Shown here piece after piece: positions 44,572 through 53,976 of a DNA stretch of 64,000 nt; position 1 is the stretch's first letter, and each line of letters opens with the position of its first letter. A program made the position numbers and the translations under genes. Origin of the DNA: a virus; the IMG/VR virus record IMGVR_UViG_3300046660_000510, positions 10,927-74,926 of that record. One strand, written 5' to 3'. Below the pieces are notes generated by a model. The model had not been told where the DNA came from, did not search any database, and saw nothing but the letters and a program-made list of their open reading frames with translations.

Positions 44572-45252
44572 CTAGCTTCGGCGGTTGAGCAGGCCGAGCG
44601 GGAGCAGCGCGGACTGGCTGTCGCTCGGGGACGGTTGCTGGCTGGGGCTGGGAGACGGAGAAGGATCCGGGCTGGCGGTGCTGGTCTGCGTGCACCGGTA
44701 GCGCGGATGGTCCGGGTCGAAGTTGTCGGCGGGGACGCACTGGTAGGTGTTGCCGTCCTGGTCGGTGTACGTCCACTCCGACGGCGGCGCCCCGCTCTTG
44801 CCGTCGCTGCCGTCCTTGCCGTCCGAGCCCGCCGCACCATCAGCGCCGGCCTGCCCTGCCGGACCGGTGGGACCGGGCACGGTGGAGTCGGCGCCCGGCG
44901 CCCCGGAAGGTCCCGGTGAACCGCTGGGTCCTGGGCTGCCGTCACTGCCGTCCTTGCCTGGCTTGCCGGATTCCCCCGACGAGCCCGACGGCCCGGACGG
45001 GCCGATCAACCCGGCCGCCCCGGTCTCCCCCCGTGGCCCGGCGACCGGGGTCCCTCCCATGTTCTCTACTTGCTGGGTGAGCAGGGCGACATCGCGGTGC
45101 GCGCTATCCAGTTGCCTGGACATGATCAGGAATCCGGTGACCACGCCGGCCAACGCGCAGGCGGCAAGGAGCATCGCCGCAGCAGCGTTCAGGTTGCCGC
45201 GGCTGCGCCGCTTACGTGTTTCCGCCCGGCTGCCAGGCCTCGGGGGGTTCAC
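44572..45252 (-). CDS. membrane-anchored collagen-like protein in lysis cassette
   Basis: N-terminal TM, coiled coil, G-X-Y repeats, Cys pair. Confidence 0.75.
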   Translation of the reverse strand: MNPPRPGSRAETRKRRSRGNLNAAAAMLLAACALAGVVTGFLIMSRQLDSAHRDVALLTQQVENMGGTPVAGPRGETGAAGLIGPSGPSGSSGESGKPGKDGSDGSPGPSGSPGPSGAPGADSTVPGPTGPAGQAGADGAAGSDGKDGSDGKSGAPPSEWTYTDQDGNTYQCVPADNFDPDHPRYRCTQTSTASPDPSPSPSPSQQPSPSDSQSALLPLGLLNRRS

Positions 45253-45593
45253 TACTTGCCTCCTGCCATGAAAAGGATGACGGGCACGAGAATCCCGAGC
45301 AGGGAGATCACCGCGCCGACCAGCCAGCGCCGGGTCTGCGTGATCCGGTCAGCATCCTGGACGCGCTGTTCCTGGACGGCTGCCATGTCCCGGTCGTGCT
45401 TGGCGGACAACTGCTGATGCGCCTTCTCCAGATCGGACAGGTCTTTCAGCAGGGCCGCCTTTTCGACGGCGTACACGTCGATCGACACCAACCGATCAAG
45501 GCGGTTGTTGATCTGCGCGTAGTCATCGCGTACGTCGCCCCGAAGGGCCTGGATGAGCCGTCCGAGCTCTCCCAAAGACGGCTCATCGGCCAT
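45252..45593 (-). CDS. coiled-coil protein with C-terminal TM (lysis cassette)
   Basis: EPSLGELGR...RRWLVGAVISLLGILVPVILF. Confidence 0.7.
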   Translation of the reverse strand: MADEPSLGELGRLIQALRGDVRDDYAQINNRLDRLVSIDVYAVEKAALLKDLSDLEKAHQQLSAKHDRDMAAVQEQRVQDADRITQTRRWLVGAVISLLGILVPVILFMAGGK

Positions 45594-45632
45594 TTGGTGC
45601 TCCGTGTGGGGGGCGTAATCGTGCGGGCAAGG

Positions 45633-46016
45633 TCAGGACACAGGCCGCGGCTTCACAGGGCTGGACTCCTCGAGCGGTGTGACCGGCACCGGCGCGGTGA
45701 CCTGGGTCCGCTCGAACAGCGCCAGCAGCGCGGCGACCATCGCCATCACGAGGCCCTGCTTGTCCGCGGACCAGTCCAGGCCGAACCCGACGAACAGCGC
45801 CATCACCGTCTGCGCGAGCTGGATGAGGGCGGCCGCCCAGGCGCCGCTGTGGGCGACGATGGCGAGCCACACGCCGACAGCGGCGGCGAGGACGGCGTTG
45901 ACGAGGGTCTGCTGATCCGCAGTGACGTCCATGCCGAACGCGGTGAGCAGCTTGAGGGCTGCGGCGGCGAAGCCAAGCAGCAGCGCCGGCTCTCGGCCGA
46001 AGATCTTCGGGGACAC
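45633..46016 (-). CDS. holin
   Basis: four hydrophobic segments, IFGREPAL..RTQVTAP, directly after endolysin. Confidence 0.8.
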   Translation of the reverse strand: MSPKIFGREPALLLGFAAAALKLLTAFGMDVTADQQTLVNAVLAAAVGVWLAIVAHSGAWAAALIQLAQTVMALFVGFGLDWSADKQGLVMAMVAALLALFERTQVTAPVPVTPLEESSPVKPRPVS

Positions 46017-46055
46017 AGTGGTCTCCTTCTGAGGGGTGGGTGTGGTGAGGGGTGG

Positions 46056-47333
46056 TCAGACCTTGGGGATCTTGAGCGCTGCCCAGGTCTTCGGGCCGGG
46101 GTAGCCGTCGGCGTCGCCCTTGAGGTCGGCGCGCGACAGCTGGAAGTCGCGGACGTTCTCCCGGTCGGCATTCGTCCAGTCCGGGCCCGGGCCGTGCTGG
46201 TAGTGCTTGCCGAAGCCGAGCTGGACCAGCCGACGGCCCATCGCGGTGATGATCGGGCTGTGGCGGCCGCCGTGGAAGAAACCGGCGCCAGGGAACGGCT
46301 CATAGACCGGCTGCGCAGGCTTCGGGGCGGGCTTCACGGCGGGCTTCTTCGGCAGGGAGCCGAGAAGCTTGACCAGGCTGGTCGCCCCGGGAACACCGTC
46401 GGCGTCCTGGCCGGCCGCGGTGCCCTTGAAGCCCAGGGACTTTTGGAAGTCAGAGAAGTTCCGGGTGTCGGCGTCCCCCCACGTCGTATCGGGGCCGTCG
46501 GTGTAGTGCTTCCCGAACCCGGCCTTCACCAGGGCCGTACCGACCGCGGTGACGTGCGCGCCCTTCGCCCCGTACCCGTACTCCAGGCCGCCGATGGTCA
46601 CCTTGTAGCGGGCCGGAGTCGTAGCGGTGACGCCGCCGACCGCGGGGTACTTGGGGCGGCCGAACCCGGCGATGTCGTGGACGACTCGGACGCGGCGGGC
46701 GCACACGTTCGCCGAGTTGCCCTCGATCGTGAACACGTTCTTGCCGTCGCTGGAGACGCTGGTCACGACACCGACGTGGTCGATGCCCCCGATCTCCGAG
46801 GACCCGTCCCAGTCAAAGAAGATGACGTCACCGCGGCGGATACCGGACTTGAGGATGCCGTTGGTCATCGGGGTCCACTGGCCGGCGGCCTTGAAGGCTG
46901 CCGCGTGCGCGACGGTGTACGCCCAGTCCTTGCCGAAGCAGACGGCCTCGTAGTTGTCGGAGGCGAAAGCGGAGATGGTGACGGTGGCGTCACACCAGGC
47001 GAAGTTCCCGGAGTAGTCCGCGCCGTTGCGCTCCCGGTACCAGGCCTGGATCGCATTCGGCTCGCCGGTGCCCAGCCACGCCTCCATGGCCTGGATCATC
47101 TTCTCGAGGCCGCCGGTGTTCCCGCCGAGCTTGCGCGGCCCGGCGCCGTCCTCGGGAGCGTCTTCGGAGTCGGTGTCGGGGGCGCCGTAGATACCGCGGG
47201 TGTCGGCCGGGCCGAACTCGGCAGCGAGGAGCTCTTCCTCGTTGTCGACGGTGGGCCCGTTGCTGGTACTGGTGAGCAGGGCGGCTTGCCGCTGCTGCGT
47301 GATGTCGTCCTCGATGGGGCGGGGCTCGCCCAT
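46056..47333 (-). CDS. endolysin (CHAP amidase + two peptidoglycan-binding domains)
   Basis: AWCDAT, GDVIFFDW, DHVGVV, TIEGNS; ADGVPG/ADGYPG PG-binding repeats. Confidence 0.9.
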   Translation of the reverse strand: MGEPRPIEDDITQQRQAALLTSTSNGPTVDNEEELLAAEFGPADTRGIYGAPDTDSEDAPEDGAGPRKLGGNTGGLEKMIQAMEAWLGTGEPNAIQAWYRERNGADYSGNFAWCDATVTISAFASDNYEAVCFGKDWAYTVAHAAAFKAAGQWTPMTNGILKSGIRRGDVIFFDWDGSSEIGGIDHVGVVTSVSSDGKNVFTIEGNSANVCARRVRVVHDIAGFGRPKYPAVGGVTATTPARYKVTIGGLEYGYGAKGAHVTAVGTALVKAGFGKHYTDGPDTTWGDADTRNFSDFQKSLGFKGTAAGQDADGVPGATSLVKLLGSLPKKPAVKPAPKPAQPVYEPFPGAGFFHGGRHSPIITAMGRRLVQLGFGKHYQHGPGPDWTNADRENVRDFQLSRADLKGDADGYPGPKTWAALKIPKV

Positions 47334-47368
47334 GACCGGTCTCCTTTGTGGGGCGGGGGAAGGTGGGA

Positions 47369-48193
47369 TTACTGGCGGGTGGCGTCGAGGCGCGGCTGCA
47401 CCAGGTCGATGTCGCTGCGTTCGGCCTGGTAGAGGGCTAGTGAGAAGCGGAAGCTGCCGGAGTCCCCCCAGGAGGAACTCCAGCTGTTTTGGGCGCGGAG
47501 GATGGTGTCGACGTAGTTGAGGGCTCCGGTGTCGTCGGTGACGACGTCCTCGAGGGCGGTGATGCAGACTTCGTGTCCGCCCTCGATCGGTGAGTTGGCC
47601 CATCCGGGGGCGGTGTCGATGAAGCCGTTGCTGTCCGGCTCGCTGAAGGCGGACCGCCAGGCCATGCCCATCAGGACCGGGCCGGTCTGGAGGAGCATGC
47701 ACAGCTCTTCCGCGGTGGTGGCGTGGCCGTACTGGTCGACGAGGTTGAGGCTGCGCAGGGCCTTGGCTACGCCGAGCCCGGATGATCCGCAGTCGTTGGC
47801 GGGCCAGGCGGCGTCATGCCACTGGTCCTTGGTGGTCGCTTCGGCGTACAGGCCGATCGCCCACCGCTCCGCCGCCTCAGGGTCGACGACATTGAGGCCT
47901 GCGGCGGCGAGGGTGTCTGTGTCCTGGAGGACGGAGACCAGGGCGGTCGCGGCATTGGCCGTGCAGGAGCCGAGGGCGTCCACGTCGTCGACACCGTCGA
48001 ACATCTGCGAGGTGTGAATGCCTTGCGCGATGAGGTCCTGCTGGTCCAGCACGGGGACCTTGGGGGCCCACTCGGTGGGCTTGAGGGGTTCGCCGTTGTA
48101 GCGGCGCCGGTAGGCCAGGCTCCGCGGGTCACGAACGAGGTGCCTGCCTAGCTGCGGCGTGACGTCGTACTGCTTGATGTCGAGGTCGGGCAC
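47369..48193 (-). CDS. papain-like (C1) cysteine protease
   Basis: LDQ...GSCTANA, GGHEV, QNSWSSSWGDSG. Confidence 0.85.
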   Translation of the reverse strand: MPDLDIKQYDVTPQLGRHLVRDPRSLAYRRRYNGEPLKPTEWAPKVPVLDQQDLIAQGIHTSQMFDGVDDVDALGSCTANAATALVSVLQDTDTLAAAGLNVVDPEAAERWAIGLYAEATTKDQWHDAAWPANDCGSSGLGVAKALRSLNLVDQYGHATTAEELCMLLQTGPVLMGMAWRSAFSEPDSNGFIDTAPGWANSPIEGGHEVCITALEDVVTDDTGALNYVDTILRAQNSWSSSWGDSGSFRFSLALYQAERSDIDLVQPRLDATRQ

Positions 48194-48344
48194 TCGCCCG
48201 TGCTCCTGCACTCCCCGCGCCCAGAGCTGACGTTGTGGCGGACCGCTGTGGTGCGGTCGTCCCTCGGGGGTGTGGAGCGTGGGCGGGCGGAGGGTCGCCC
48301 GGCGATCTCAGGCTACGTGCTGGCGGGACTGGTGTTGCCCCCGC

Positions 48345-48632
48345 TCACGCCTCAGGTTCCGGGGCAGGCGGGGTGTAGAGAACTGCGCTGCCGTCGAAGA
48401 TCTCGCCCTGCCAGCCGCGGTACATCTTGACCGTGTAGTCGGGGTGGTCAGCGATGATGCGCTTGACGATGACCTGGACCAGGTCATCGATGTCCTGGTC
48501 GGTGAGGGCGCCGATGGCGAAGTCTGGGAAGTCGAAGGTGATGGGGAACGAGTCCGCGGCGTCGTCGTTCGGGCCGCCGTTGATGTTCACGGTCATCCGG
48601 TGGAATGTTGCAGTGGTAGGCGTGGTGATCAT
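48345..48632 (-). CDS. small tail-associated protein
   Basis: AGGAG RBS after tail fibre gene. Confidence 0.65.
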   Translation of the reverse strand: MITTPTTATFHRMTVNINGGPNDDAADSFPITFDFPDFAIGALTDQDIDDLVQVIVKRIIADHPDYTVKMYRGWQGEIFDGSAVLYTPPAPEPEA

Positions 48633-48647
48633 GCGTTCTCCTGTTTG

Positions 48648-51023
48648 CTAGTCCTGGATGAAGGTGATGTGCAGGCGTAGGTTGCGGCCCTGGCCGGCCT
48701 GGCTGGCGTCGCCAGTGATGTCGGCGTAGGCGGTGCGCAGGGTGCAGATGCCGTCTGTGCCGACGACCCAGCCGCCGAAGGTGGTGCCGTCGTCCCAGGC
48801 GCCGTTGATGGTGTTGTGGGTGGGGCGCCATCCGGCGGGCAGGGTTGCGATCGCGACGTCGGTGAGGTTTCCGCTGGTGGAGGTGATCGTGGTGCCGCTG
48901 CGGTGCATGTACAGGTCGATCGCAACGACCTTGCCGAACCGGTATCCGTAGAAGCCGCCGCTGTTGATGGTGAAGCCGCTGGCTGCGGTCAGCCCGGTCG
49001 TGGTCGACGATGAGGCGGCGGTGATGGTTCCGGCGGCGGTGGTGTTGCCGTCTTTGTCGACGGTCAGCTTGTCGACTGCGGCAACACTCAGCCGTAGCAG
49101 GTTGCCGGTGTGTCCGCTGTCCGCCGTGGCGTACAAGGCGCTGCTACTTGAGGCGGGTGCGTAGACCTCGTACCGGGATTTCGACAGCTGGGTAACCCCG
49201 CTCGAGAACATGGTCAAGATGGCGTCCTGGGTGGCGGCTGTCGTGTCCTTGTAGCCGAAGGCGGCGGCCGCGTCGGTGAGGGCAATGCGGCCGCCGATTA
49301 CGGTGTTGGTCGCGGAGTCCCGGACGCGTTCGGCAGTCCAGAAGTCGCTGGATCCGGACAGGCCGAAGAGGGTGCGCCACTTCATATCCGAGAACGAGCT
49401 GCCTGTGTAGATGCCGGAGTTGAGGCCCAGGACGGCGTTGGCGCCGGACACGTTGACGATGGCTGAGGCGGTCTGGCCGACGTTCGTCAGTTTCAGGTTG
49501 GGGAACGCATTGTTCGGGTCGAGCTGCAGGATGGCGCCGTTGGTGCCTTTGACGAGGAGTCCCGAGTCGGATAGTTCTCCGATCGCTGTCCCGCTCGAGT
49601 TGTAGACGAGGACCTTGTTGGCGGACGATTCGTTGAGGGTGATGCGCTGCCCGGTCGTGGCGGTCTGGATGAGGGCGCCGGTGATGGTGCCGCCGGTGAT
49701 GGTCTTTCCGGTGATGGCGTTCGCTGCGAGCGCGGTCGCGTCGACGGCCCCGGCCTGGATTTTGCCGACGGTGATGGCGTTCGCGGCGATCTCAGCAGCT
49801 GTGATGGTGAGGGCGGCGATCTCCCGGGCGGTCACAGCGTCGGCGGCGATCTTTCCTGCGGCGATCGCGTCCGCGGCTATGTTGCCCGCGAGGATCGTCA
49901 GGGCGGCAATCTCGGTAGCCGTGACGGACCCGGCGGCAATCATGCCGCCCGCTACCAGCGTGCGGACCTCCGCGTTGTCGAACCACGCCTCCCCCGCAGT
50001 CACCGCGGACGCTTCGACGACGAGGACGGCGGTCTTTGTGCCGGTGGGGGCCTGCACCTGGGCGGTGGCGCGGGCCCACGGGTCGCCAGGGGTGAACGTG
50101 TGATCGGCGACGCCGTAGCCGAGGACCGTGGCGGCCGCATCCTCGTAGCGGAACATCAGCTTGACGCCGCTGCCGTTGAAGGTGGCGGACGTCTTGTAGT
50201 CGACGGCCAGGTAGTGGCGTTCGCCGGGGAGGACGGGGTAGCGGGCGAGTTCGATGTTCTTCCAGGTGGTGAACCCGCTGGTGCAGTCGACATGCAGGGC
50301 GTGTGCCGAGTTGTTGCCGGGGGCGGTGACGGACCAGTCGGCGTGTCCGGCGATCAGGGCCGCCGTGTAGGCGCCCTCGAAGGACGGGTCGGGGGCGAGG
50401 TTGCCTATACCGAGGGCAAGCTGGTCGGAGCCGATCGCGCCGACGGCGACCTTCGCCGCGGTGACTGCGTCGTCCGCCAGCTTCAGGGTGGTGACGATGC
50501 CGTCCACGAGGTCGTCGGCGACGACCGGGGTAGGTCCGAACGGGCCGATCGTCCCGGACGCAGTGGACGCGGCCCCGGAGGTGTTGCGGGCCACCAGGCG
50601 CACGTACACGGGCGTATCGCAGGGGACGACGACGGTGGCGCCCTGCGCGGTCTCGATGGTGCCCTGCAGCGTTGCGGGGGACGGATCGTAGACGGCGGTG
50701 ATCGCGGCGTGGACTTCGACCCGGGCCCAGTCCAGCGGGATGACTGCGCCGCCGGCGAACTGGCCGTCCCAGGAGACGGTGACCCCGCCGAGGACGGACG
50801 CGACAATCGGGTCCGACGGCTGCGGCGGCGGGCCCCCGTTGACGATGTTCACCGCGGCAGTGCCATCCGCCTGGACGCCGACAAGGCCCTTCAGGCCGCC
50901 CGTACTGTCGCGGATCTCCACCGACGTGTTGTCGATGGAAGCGTGCGACAGCCGCGGGGAGCGCTCCATGCGGGTCAGGCGGGCGTTGAGCTGCTGGAGT
51001 GCACGGCCGATGTCGATGCTCAC
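48648..51023 (-). CDS. minor tail / receptor-binding protein
   Basis: NLAPDPSFE CBM-like domain, (A/G)AVTA.KIA repeats, C-terminal IATLPAGWRP. Confidence 0.85.
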   Translation of the reverse strand: MSIDIGRALQQLNARLTRMERSPRLSHASIDNTSVEIRDSTGGLKGLVGVQADGTAAVNIVNGGPPPQPSDPIVASVLGGVTVSWDGQFAGGAVIPLDWARVEVHAAITAVYDPSPATLQGTIETAQGATVVVPCDTPVYVRLVARNTSGAASTASGTIGPFGPTPVVADDLVDGIVTTLKLADDAVTAAKVAVGAIGSDQLALGIGNLAPDPSFEGAYTAALIAGHADWSVTAPGNNSAHALHVDCTSGFTTWKNIELARYPVLPGERHYLAVDYKTSATFNGSGVKLMFRYEDAAATVLGYGVADHTFTPGDPWARATAQVQAPTGTKTAVLVVEASAVTAGEAWFDNAEVRTLVAGGMIAAGSVTATEIAALTILAGNIAADAIAAGKIAADAVTAREIAALTITAAEIAANAITVGKIQAGAVDATALAANAITGKTITGGTITGALIQTATTGQRITLNESSANKVLVYNSSGTAIGELSDSGLLVKGTNGAILQLDPNNAFPNLKLTNVGQTASAIVNVSGANAVLGLNSGIYTGSSFSDMKWRTLFGLSGSSDFWTAERVRDSATNTVIGGRIALTDAAAAFGYKDTTAATQDAILTMFSSGVTQLSKSRYEVYAPASSSSALYATADSGHTGNLLRLSVAAVDKLTVDKDGNTTAAGTITAASSSTTTGLTAASGFTINSGGFYGYRFGKVVAIDLYMHRSGTTITSTSGNLTDVAIATLPAGWRPTHNTINGAWDDGTTFGGWVVGTDGICTLRTAYADITGDASQAGQGRNLRLHITFIQD

Positions 51024-51024
51024 G

Positions 51025-52128
51025 TCACACGCCTCCGTACTGGTACATGGAGGCCGGCTTGAGGCTGATGACGGCCTGCGGCCCGCCCTGCGCGGTGGGC
51101 TTGATGGTCCAGCCGGTGATGCGGCACCAGCCGGTGTAGTCGGTCCACGCGTTGTGGATCCGCACGTAGATGTCGTCGCCGACCTGCCAGGACCCGAACG
51201 GTGCGGCGCTGGTGTTGCGGATGGTGACCTGCTCCACCGAGCCGAGGGTCTGCCGCCAGGCGCGCTCCCATTCCACGCGCTGCTTGAGGACGTCGTTGCC
51301 GTTGATCTCCGGGTAGTCGACGGCGGCCTCGAGGCGCAGGCGTCCGTTGCGGACGGCGGAGATCTGCCGGAGTTTGGCGCTGCCGTCGCCGGCGCCGGAG
51401 CCGATGACGACCTGCGCGTAGTCGTCGCCCGCGAGGGCCTCTTCGGGCTCTTCGATGATGTTGACGCCGGACGCGATGGAGATGTCGGTGCGGCGCGCGC
51501 CGAGACGGGGCCAGCCGAGGCGGATCCGTTTCACCACATCCGTCTTGGCCGCGTTCCAGGCGGTGGCGCACGTGTAGTCGGGGGTGGCGTCGTCGGAGAC
51601 GATCTCATCGACCTGGTCGCCGAGCGCTTTCATGTCGTACCAGAACGAGTTGTACGGCTCCGCCGGGGTGCCGACTTTCGACGTGGACGTGGTGGAGTCG
51701 ACGACGACGCCGAGGTTGCCGTCGGCAATGGACTGTGCGTACGTCCAGATGTTGCGGACCACGTCGCACCGGTCCGTGTAGACGTAGGGTCCGCGACCGC
51801 CGTGCTGGCCGTCCACGTCGAACCTCTTCTGCAGGTAAGACGACCACGAGGCGGCCTCAATGCTGTAGTCGTTGCCCTCGGCGCGGACGTCCCAGACGAT
51901 GCCGCCCCACTGCAGCTGGCCGGACGATTCGACGTAGATGAGCGTGTTGCCGGGGTCGGCCAGGGCGGGGCTCGAGGCGACCAGGCGGGGCGACAGCTTC
52001 CCCGACAGGCTGCCGGGCCCGTTGAGTTCGTCGCCGTACTCCAGGTCCGTGACGGGCAGCGCGGTGGACAGCCAGGCGCCGGTGAGCGCGTTCTGCGTGA
52101 GGACCCGGTCGGGCAGGGGGGCCGTCAT
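51025..52128 (-). CDS. minor tail (baseplate hub/Tal-like) protein
   Basis: ELNGPGSLSG...WGGIVW; position after Dit. Confidence 0.8.
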   Translation of the reverse strand: MTAPLPDRVLTQNALTGAWLSTALPVTDLEYGDELNGPGSLSGKLSPRLVASSPALADPGNTLIYVESSGQLQWGGIVWDVRAEGNDYSIEAASWSSYLQKRFDVDGQHGGRGPYVYTDRCDVVRNIWTYAQSIADGNLGVVVDSTTSTSKVGTPAEPYNSFWYDMKALGDQVDEIVSDDATPDYTCATAWNAAKTDVVKRIRLGWPRLGARRTDISIASGVNIIEEPEEALAGDDYAQVVIGSGAGDGSAKLRQISAVRNGRLRLEAAVDYPEINGNDVLKQRVEWERAWRQTLGSVEQVTIRNTSAAPFGSWQVGDDIYVRIHNAWTDYTGWCRITGWTIKPTAQGGPQAVISLKPASMYQYGGV

Positions 52129-53060
52129 CGGGGCGCCTCGAGGAACTCGATGTCGGCGATCAGGGTGGTGGACCCGTCGACACCGACCTTGCCTGCGTTG
52201 CCGGGAAACCCGCATGCCTGGAATCGCAGGGTCTGACTGGTGCCGCGGTAGGCGGACGGAATGGTGAGGGTGTCGCCGAGGACGATGGTGCCGCGGCGGG
52301 TGCCGGTCTGGTTGTCGTCGAGGTTGACGGACTGCACGGTCAGGGAGGCACCGAACGTGGCGCGCAGGCCGCCGAAGAACGCGGCGGTGTTGTAGCGGAT
52401 CTGCCCCACGGACAGGGACAGGACGGCCTTGGTGGCCCAGGAGGGGATGGCCACCGACCAGCCGGCGGCGGTGGAGAAGTTGCTGTACGTGCCGGAGGTT
52501 CCGCTGATGTCGGTGGACAGGGCCGTCGGGGACTGGGTGAGGAGGGTCCGCTGGCGGCGCGGGTTCGCGACCTGCCGCAAGTCGGTGATCATCGCGTCTG
52601 TGATGGTGCTGGTGCTGGCGGGGATGTCGATCCGGGCCAGCGGAATCCCGGTCCGCCCGTCAGGGATGGCGGTTGCCGACGATGACACGTTGGAGATCAC
52701 CTGGAAGTAGGTGACCTGGTCGACGGTCGGATCGAGGGTTCCCTCGTACTCGGGGTCTTCCACGCGCAGGATCACCATGTCGGACCGTGCGGACCCGCCG
52801 GTGGCTGCGATGTCCACGTTGACGGCCCCGGTGTTGCACGCCGAGTAGTGCCCCTGGAAGGCGTTCACGCGGCCCTGAATGACCCCGGAGCCGTCGGCGA
52901 CCGTGACTCCGGCACCGGGGGTTGAGCGCTGGGTGACCTTCAGGTCGTCGCCTTCGGTGATGCCTTCGGCGCCGCGCGCCAAGTCCCGGACCAACATGCG
53001 GAACTGCTGCGCCGAATGGGTGGCCCCGTTGGTGAGGATGGGCCGCGGAAACAAGGCCAT
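52125..53060 (-). CDS. minor tail protein
   Basis: DLKVT..PGAGVTVADG...RSDMVILRVEDPEY...IPLARI. Confidence 0.8.
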   Translation of the reverse strand: MALFPRPILTNGATHSAQQFRMLVRDLARGAEGITEGDDLKVTQRSTPGAGVTVADGSGVIQGRVNAFQGHYSACNTGAVNVDIAATGGSARSDMVILRVEDPEYEGTLDPTVDQVTYFQVISNVSSSATAIPDGRTGIPLARIDIPASTSTITDAMITDLRQVANPRRQRTLLTQSPTALSTDISGTSGTYSNFSTAAGWSVAIPSWATKAVLSLSVGQIRYNTAAFFGGLRATFGASLTVQSVNLDDNQTGTRRGTIVLGDTLTIPSAYRGTSQTLRFQACGFPGNAGKVGVDGSTTLIADIEFLEAPR

Positions 53061-53073
53061 AACTCGGCTCTCC

Positions 53074-53976
53074 TCAGAGTGCGATGTAGGCGTCGCGCCA
53101 GGTCAGGCGCATGCGGGCGGAGTTGGTGGAGTCGAATGCCGTCCAGCGCATCTCCGACTGGCCGGGCGGCAGGGAGAACAGGTCGATGCGGGACGACGGG
53201 GACAGGTAGGCGGAGGCGTTACCGCCGTTGTCGCGGGTGACGGTGCGGTAGCCGGGCCGGGTATCGATCTCCACCCACTGGCCAGCGGTGAGACTGAGAG
53301 TGGGCAGCGCGAGGGTGCGGCCGGAATCGGCGTGAATGACGGATACGTTGGAACACGGCCCGGTGATACGGATGATCGGCCACGCGTCGGACGTCCCGTT
53401 GTTGGTGACCCAGCCGGGCCGGTCCGCGGCCACGGTGCCGTCCTGCACGTAGATCGGCGCGACGAGGGGGGCGGCGAACCCGCCGCCGGTCAGCCAGCCG
53501 AGCGGGATCTCGGTGGTGGACTCCTCGTCGGCGTAGAACGTCGGGTCGTGCGCGAAGAACTCCATGTCGAGCGGCACCCATCCGTGGATGATCTGCTCGT
53601 CGTCGGGGTCCAGCCTCCGGGCCCGCACCGTCAGGGATTTCGTCGGCCGGCCGGGTCGTTTGATGCGCAGCACCATGCCCTGCCCGCCGACCAGCCGTAC
53701 GTCGGCGGCGTCGGTCACAGCCTGAATCTGGGCGACCATGTCCTGGCAGGCGGCCGGGTTCCCCGGGATTTTCACCGCCGCATCCAGCTGTATCTGCCGG
53801 GCCGCCCAGTAGTCGGGGCCGGCGAACTGGCCGTCCATGGACGGCTGGTCGACGTCGGCGTCCCTCACCGGGGGCCTGCCCAGCCCGTCGGTCTTGATGA
53901 CGTTCACGCTGGTACCGGAGCCGATGAGGACTCCGCCCAGGTCGTACTGCCAGTCTTCGAGCTCAAGCAGCGGCAC
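53074..53976 (-). CDS. distal tail protein (Dit)
   Basis: after TMP; FFAHDPTFY, NNGTSDAWPIIRITGP, WRDAY. Confidence 0.85.
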   Translation of the reverse strand: MPLLELEDWQYDLGGVLIGSGTSVNVIKTDGLGRPPVRDADVDQPSMDGQFAGPDYWAARQIQLDAAVKIPGNPAACQDMVAQIQAVTDAADVRLVGGQGMVLRIKRPGRPTKSLTVRARRLDPDDEQIIHGWVPLDMEFFAHDPTFYADEESTTEIPLGWLTGGGFAAPLVAPIYVQDGTVAADRPGWVTNNGTSDAWPIIRITGPCSNVSVIHADSGRTLALPTLSLTAGQWVEIDTRPGYRTVTRDNGGNASAYLSPSSRIDLFSLPPGQSEMRWTAFDSTNSARMRLTWRDAYIAL

